Below are positions 59,372 to 64,000 of a DNA stretch of 64,000 nucleotides, piece after piece. The DNA is from Candidatus Paceibacter sp. (GTDB taxonomy: Bacteria; Patescibacteriota; Minisyncoccia; UBA9983): positions 412 through 64,411 of the forward strand of contig JABWAS010000004.1 in assembly GCA_013360865.1 (NCBI GenBank), given 5' to 3'. The notes beneath the pieces are model-generated. The model was not told the DNA's origin. It saw only the letters and a program-made list of their open reading frames with translations, and did not search any database. The position numbers were made by a program, and so were the translations under genes. Positions within the stretch are counted from its first letter, which is position 1; each line of letters opens with the position of its first letter.

Positions 59372-60361
59372 ATGGAACAATTTTTGAATCTATTTTTGAT
59401 TGTTCTGGGTGTCGGCGGCTTTGCGCTGGCTTTTTACATCCACAAAAGCAAGAAGAAAGCGAAGCCTATGGTTTGCCCGCTGGACGGGCATTGCGACGAA
59501 GTAGTACACAGCGAATATTCGGAGTTTTTTGGCATTTCTTTGGAAAAGTTTGGCATGGCTTATTACGCGGCGGTGGCTCTGGCTTACGGAGCTTATTCTT
59601 ACTTTTCTTCTCTGCCGCCTTACGCTTCTTTCGTCTTGTTTTTTCTGACGGCGGGCGCCTTCCTTTTTTCGTTGTATCTGACCTTTATCCAGGCCTTCAA
59701 TCTTAGGAAGTGGTGCACCTGGTGCCTTATTTCCGCGGGAATATGTTCCTTTATCTTCGTGGCTTCGTTGTTTGCCGTCAAGTCAGGTTTTACCACTTTG
59801 CCGCTGGAAATTTTTGCGGCGGTGGGAAATTTACTGGCGGCCGCGATGGCGGTCGGTTCTTCCGCGGTTTCTTTGGTTATCTTGATAAAATTTGCCGGAG
59901 ATATGGATATAAGCGCGGCGGAAGCGGAAACAATTCACCTGCTTTCCCAGGTGTTTTGGTTTTCTATGGCGTCGGTTGTTTTAAGCGGTTTCGGTTTGTT
60001 TTTGTCCGATGGCGGCATTCCGACTTATCCGGCTATTTTTTGGCTGAAATTTTTACTAGCCTTATTCCTTATAGGCTTGGCGGCTGCCTTCAACCTTGTC
60101 GCGCTGCCCAAGGCAATTAAAGAAACCGCGATTATCGGAGGGCAGGGTAAGGGTAATTTATCCAAAGAAGAAGCGCTTGGTCTTTTGGCCATGAGCATGA
60201 CGACCATCGCCGCTTCTTTCGCCTTTTTTATTCTCTCGGCATTTCCCGGATTCTTTGTTTTTTTGGGTTTCGCCAATTTGTCCATTATTTTAATTGTCGT
60301 CTTGGCGGTTTTTGCTTCCGCCGGCAGGCGATTGGGGGAAACCATCTCTTTGGGCGTGTAA
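59372..60361 (+). CDS. Vitamin K epoxide reductase (VKOR) family protein with extra C-terminal TM domain
   Basis: CPLDGHCDEVVHSEYS..FG, WCTWC. Confidence 0.88.
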   Translation: MEQFLNLFLIVLGVGGFALAFYIHKSKKKAKPMVCPLDGHCDEVVHSEYSEFFGISLEKFGMAYYAAVALAYGAYSYFSSLPPYASFVLFFLTAGAFLFSLYLTFIQAFNLRKWCTWCLISAGICSFIFVASLFAVKSGFTTLPLEIFAAVGNLLAAAMAVGSSAVSLVILIKFAGDMDISAAEAETIHLLSQVFWFSMASVVLSGFGLFLSDGGIPTYPAIFWLKFLLALFLIGLAAAFNLVALPKAIKETAIIGGQGKGNLSKEEALGLLAMSMTTIAASFAFFILSAFPGFFVFLGFANLSIILIVVLAVFASAGRRLGETISLGV

Positions 60362-60383
60362 AAGTATAATTCTTGGCTAACAA

Positions 60384-60419
60384 AAGACATCCGATGTCCA
60401 ATTGGACATCGGATGTCTT
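60384..60419. repeat. Perfect 36-bp palindrome (REP-like doublet)
   Basis: AAGACATCCGATGTCCAA-TTGGACATCGGATGTCTT. Confidence 0.92.
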
Positions 60420-60541
60420 AATTAAAGGGATGACAATTTCAAAATTTTATTTTTGAACTGGGATTTTTGAGTTATCCACAGTGGCTGACTGAAAGCGTCA
60501 GGGGTAAAATTACAAGTACTTAATAATTAAACAAAAGCTCC

Positions 60542-60689
60542 GAAAATAAAATTTTGGAAAATCCTTTAGCCCCAGCCCTGCCTGCCGGCAGGCAGGCTCG
60601 CAGACTCGGCTGGCCGCCCCCGACCCCGCCCGCCACGCAAGCCAGCTTGCTGGCGTTGCGGGCAGGCAGGATTTTCAAAATTTATTTTC
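60542..60689. repeat. Second, inverted copy of the MITE-like element with an extra internal hairpin
   Basis: Reverse-complement match to 27725-27830 plus insert near 60624-60666. Confidence 0.85.
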
Positions 60690-60702
60690 TTCGCTTTTAT
60701 GC

Positions 60703-62892
60703 TTGGCAACAATGATTTCAAAAATAATCAAAAGAAACGGAGAGATAGTTGACTTCAAACCGGAGAAAATAAGCAACGCTATCACTAAGGCGGTGCAAGC
60801 CGTCGGCGGTCATGATTTGGAGACCCCGAAGAAGCTTACGGAGATTGTGGTAAAGCAGATAGAAAAAGTATTCGGCGGCAGCGGCAGACTCCCGGACGTG
60901 GAGAGCGTGCAGGATGTTGTTGAAAAGGTGCTTATAGAAGAAGGCCACGCCAAAACCGCCAAAGCCTACATTCTTTACCGCGAAAAAAGAAACGAAAGAC
61001 GCTACGACAAAAGCGTCACGGTCAGCGTGGAAAAAACTATTTCCGAATATCTCAACCGCGAGGACTGGAGAGTTAACGCCAACGCCAACCAGGGTTATTC
61101 TTTGGGCGGAATGATACTCAACACTTCCGGCAAAGTTACAGCCAACTACTGGCTTTCCCATGTTTATCCCGAGGACGTGGCCAATGCCCACAGAAACGCC
61201 GATTATCATATTCACGACCTGGATATGTTCTCCGGTTATTGCGCCGGCTGGTCGCTGCGGGCGCTTCTGGAAGAAGGGCTCAACGGCGTGCCTTCCAAAA
61301 CGGAATCGGCCCCGCCCAAGCATTTGTCCAGCGCCATCAATCAGATGGTTAACTTTTTCGGCACGCTTCAGAACGAGTGGGCCGGCGCGCAGGCGTTTTC
61401 TTCTTTTGACACTTATCTTTCCCCGTTCGTGAAAAAGTTTGAGATGGAACTGGAAGACGAAATAAACAATTCCGGCGTTTACAATTTTCCGTCGGAAGAG
61501 GCGAAGCAGAAATTCATTGACGAAAAGACCTACAAATTTGTCAAACAAAACATCCAATCCTTCGTCTTCAACCTCAATATCCCGTCCAGATGGGGGACGC
61601 AGACTCCTTTTACCAACATTACTTTAGACCTCGTTTGCCCGGAAGACCTGAAAAAGCAGAGTCTGAAGATGGGCGGCAAATACTTCCCTTACGCGTTCGG
61701 CCAGCTCCAGAAAGAAATGGACATGATAAACAAGGCTTACGTGGAAGTGATGACCGCTGGAGACGCCAAGGGCAGAGTCTTCACTTTTCCCATCCCGACT
61801 TACAACATCACTAAAGACTTTGATTGGGACAATCCCAATCATGAGCCCATTTTTGAGATGACGGCCAAATATGGTATGCCTTACTTCCAAAACTTCATCA
61901 ATTCCGATATGAAGCCCAATCAGATTCGTTCCATGTGCTGCCGCCTTCAGTTGGACTTGCGGGAGCTTCTCAAACGGGGTAACGGGCTTTTCGGCAGCGC
62001 CGAAATGACCGGCAGCATTGGAGTGGTGACCATCAATTCCGCCAGAATAGGCTACACCGGCAAAGGCGACAAGCAAAAATTTTTGGAGCGGCTGGAACAT
62101 CTGATGTATCTGGCCAAGACCTCGTTGGAAATAAAAAGAAAAGAAGTGGCCAAGTGGCTGGAGCGCGGATTGTTCCCTTACTCCAAGAGATATTTGCCGG
62201 GGTTGAACAATCATTTTTCCACCATCGGCATTAACGGGCTAAACGAAGCGATATTAAATTTTACCGGCGGCAAGGAAAACATAACCACCGAATGGGGCTC
62301 AAAATTCGCCGAGGAAACGCTGATTTTCATGAGAGAAAAATTGAAGGCTTATCAGGAGGAAACGGGCAATCTTTATAACCTGGAGGCTTCTCCGGCGGAG
62401 GGCGCCACCCATCGCTTCGCCAAGGAGGACCAGCGGATTTTCCCCGGCATAATCCAGGCCGGAACGCCGGAAGCTCCTTACTACACCAACTCCTCCCAGA
62501 TACCGGTGGAGTACACGGACGACGCCTTTGAGGCGCTGGAGCTGCAGGACAAACTGCAGACCAAGTATACCGGAGGCACAGTTCTGCACTTATATATGAA
62601 TGAGAGGATGTGCGACGCCTCAAGTTGCCGGAAGCTGGTTAAAACAGTATTGAGCAAATACCGGCTGCCATATATCACCATCACCCCGACGTTTTCCATC
62701 TGTCCCAAGCATGGATACTTGAAAGGCGAGCATCACTTCTGCCCGGCGTGCGACCAGGAGATAGGTTACGCCGGAAGCAACATTGATGAAAACGAAATTA
62801 AAAAACACAGGTCGAAAAAATTATCAGCCGATTCGCTGGGCGATTTGGCGCGCGGTAGCGCGCCGGCGGTTCTGGAGGAAGAGAAGGCCTAG
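60703..62892 (+). CDS. nrdD: Anaerobic (class III) ribonucleoside-triphosphate reductase, ATP-cone and catalytic part, lacking the glycyl-radical loop
   Basis: ATP cone IIKRNG..F..EKI, HIHDL, SMCCRL, TGSIGVVTIN, SICPKHGY...CPAC; no RVxGY. Confidence 0.95.
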   Translation: MATMISKIIKRNGEIVDFKPEKISNAITKAVQAVGGHDLETPKKLTEIVVKQIEKVFGGSGRLPDVESVQDVVEKVLIEEGHAKTAKAYILYREKRNERRYDKSVTVSVEKTISEYLNREDWRVNANANQGYSLGGMILNTSGKVTANYWLSHVYPEDVANAHRNADYHIHDLDMFSGYCAGWSLRALLEEGLNGVPSKTESAPPKHLSSAINQMVNFFGTLQNEWAGAQAFSSFDTYLSPFVKKFEMELEDEINNSGVYNFPSEEAKQKFIDEKTYKFVKQNIQSFVFNLNIPSRWGTQTPFTNITLDLVCPEDLKKQSLKMGGKYFPYAFGQLQKEMDMINKAYVEVMTAGDAKGRVFTFPIPTYNITKDFDWDNPNHEPIFEMTAKYGMPYFQNFINSDMKPNQIRSMCCRLQLDLRELLKRGNGLFGSAEMTGSIGVVTINSARIGYTGKGDKQKFLERLEHLMYLAKTSLEIKRKEVAKWLERGLFPYSKRYLPGLNNHFSTIGINGLNEAILNFTGGKENITTEWGSKFAEETLIFMREKLKAYQEETGNLYNLEASPAEGATHRFAKEDQRIFPGIIQAGTPEAPYYTNSSQIPVEYTDDAFEALELQDKLQTKYTGGTVLHLYMNERMCDASSCRKLVKTVLSKYRLPYITITPTFSICPKHGYLKGEHHFCPACDQEIGYAGSNIDENEIKKHRSKKLSADSLGDLARGSAPAVLEEEKA

Positions 62893-62899
62893 CGGATTT

Positions 62900-62980
62900 A
62901 CCCCCACATATGTTTTGGCATGGCAAAAAGCGAGCCGAAGATTTTGCAAAGGTGAACAATGCCAAAACAGGTGTGGGGGT
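62900..62980. repeat. 81-bp palindromic element between the two nrdD parts
   Basis: ACCCCCACATATGTTTTGGCAT / ATGCCAAAACAGGTGTGGGGGT. Confidence 0.85.
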
Positions 62981-62988
62981 TTAAAACA

Positions 62989-63165
62989 ATGACAAACAAC
63001 GAAATCCAGCAGAAAAGAACAAGGTGCGAAGTTTGGACGAGAGTGATGGGCTACCACAGGCCAGTCTCCCACTTCAACCTTGGCAAGAAATCGGAACACT
63101 ATTCCCGCACGCACTTCAAGGAAGGAAAGACGATGAATTCTTCTTTCTGCAAGAAATACAGCTAA
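62989..63165 (+). CDS. Stand-alone glycyl-radical domain of class III RNR (58 aa)
   Basis: CEVWTRVMGYHRPVSHFNLGKKSE; ATG 62989 lies outside the palindrome. Confidence 0.88.
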   Translation: MTNNEIQQKRTRCEVWTRVMGYHRPVSHFNLGKKSEHYSRTHFKEGKTMNSSFCKKYS

Positions 63166-63191
63166 TTTTTTAAATATTATTAAAAAATTAG

Positions 63192-63322
63192 AAATTCCAA
63201 AATCCAGGCGCCAAATTCCAAATAATATCTAAATTCAAAATATCAATTTCTAAACATTTGTTAATTTTGGGTTAAGGTCATTGAAATTTGTTTGGAATTT
63301 GGGTTTTGGGATTTGGAATTTT
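63192..63322. repeat. Heptamer-periodic imperfect inverted repeat
   Basis: AAATTCCAAAATCC..AAATTCCAAATAA.. versus ..TTGTTTGGAATTTGGGTTTTGGGATTTGGAATTT. Confidence 0.7.
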
Positions 63323-63330
63323 TTATTCTT

Positions 63331-64000
63331 ATGTTAATCGCTGGTGTTGAAAAACTGACCACGCTTGATTACCCGGGCCGCCTGGCGGCCATTGTTTTTA
63401 CCGCCGGATGCAACTTCCGCTGCGGTTATTGCCATAATCCGCAAATGGTGGATCCGGAAAGGATGAAAGAAACCGTAAAAGACCTCATACCGGAAGAGGT
63501 GTTTTTCAATTTTCTTACCAAAAGAAAGGGAATGCTGGACGGCGTGTGTATTACTGGAGGCGAACCGACTTTGCAGCCGGATTTGCTTGAGTTCGTTCTG
63601 AAGATAAAAAGTCTCGGTTTTAAAGTAAAAATAGACACCAATGGGACGATGCCCGGCGTTCTGGAGTCGCTTCTGGAAAATAAAGCCGTTGATTATTTCG
63701 CCATGGACATAAAAACCAGTCTAAAACGCTACGAGGAAGTCGCCCGATTTAAGTTAGTGAAGGAAGAAATAAACAGGTCAAAAGAAATTATCCAGAATTG
63801 CGGCCTGGAATACGAGTTCAGGACCACTGTTTTAAAAGAAATCCACCCTTTTGAAGTTTTTGACGAAATAGGGGAATGGATAAAAGGCGCGGAAAAATAT
63901 TATTTACAAAATTTTCGTTCTAAATCGGTGCTGGAAAAATATTTTGAAAATTACAACGGATTTTCTGAAAATGAATTGGCTGAAGTCCGATCAGTAATGG
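63331..64000 (+). CDS. nrdG: Anaerobic RNR activating radical-SAM enzyme, runs off window end
   Basis: Manual translation MLIAGVEKLTTLDYPG...GCNFRCGYCHN...GVCITGGEPT...KIDTNG. Confidence 0.93.
   Translation, partial: MLIAGVEKLTTLDYPGRLAAIVFTAGCNFRCGYCHNPQMVDPERMKETVKDLIPEEVFFNFLTKRKGMLDGVCITGGEPTLQPDLLEFVLKIKSLGFKVKIDTNGTMPGVLESLLENKAVDYFAMDIKTSLKRYEEVARFKLVKEEINRSKEIIQNCGLEYEFRTTVLKEIHPFEVFDEIGEWIKGAEKYYLQNFRSKSVLEKYFENYNGFSENELAEVRSVM

Overview
64 kb of a reduced bacterial genome using the standard code (TGA terminates several intact genes). Gene content and style (short ybeY, 4-domain rpsA, tRNAs mostly without encoded CCA, core genes lacking Shine-Dalgarno motifs, large type IV pilus locus, TspO/Cys-motif secreted proteins) point to Patescibacteria/CPR, probably Parcubacteria (inference). 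Layout: 1-17.5 kb is an accessory region (GNAT, NUDIX, msrB/msrA, a restriction-modification plus putative HEPN cassette bracketed by perfect 94-bp inverted repeats, secreted proteins, a cytochrome P460-like lipoprotein, zwf, a LamG protein, IS remnants) ending at a tRNA-Ser/Val/Glu cluster. Next come ferredoxin/trxB, an SF2 helicase with a C-terminal dsRNA-binding motif, ftsZ/ftsA, a decayed dcm-vsr locus holding an SRA-like HNH nuclease, ybeY-rpsU-hisS-lepB, hicBA, a dTTP cluster (dut, tmk, dcd, MtrA-like::ThyA::DUF4346), pth and rpsA. A comF-pilMNO-pilB-pilT-pilC-pilins-pilD locus is interrupted by IS200 and a REP-associated tyrosine transposase, followed by ligA, capA, yqeY, gatCA, five tRNAs, VKOR and a split class III RNR with nrdG. 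The most striking unexplained structure is a 286-bp GIY-YIG element with 13-bp terminal inverted repeats fused in frame as the 'leader peptide' of a minor pilin, with shorter nuclease-less relatives elsewhere. Several palindrome families also sit in frame inside gatA, ligA, pilD and the transposase itself. All family assignments come from motif recognition by eye; no searches were run.
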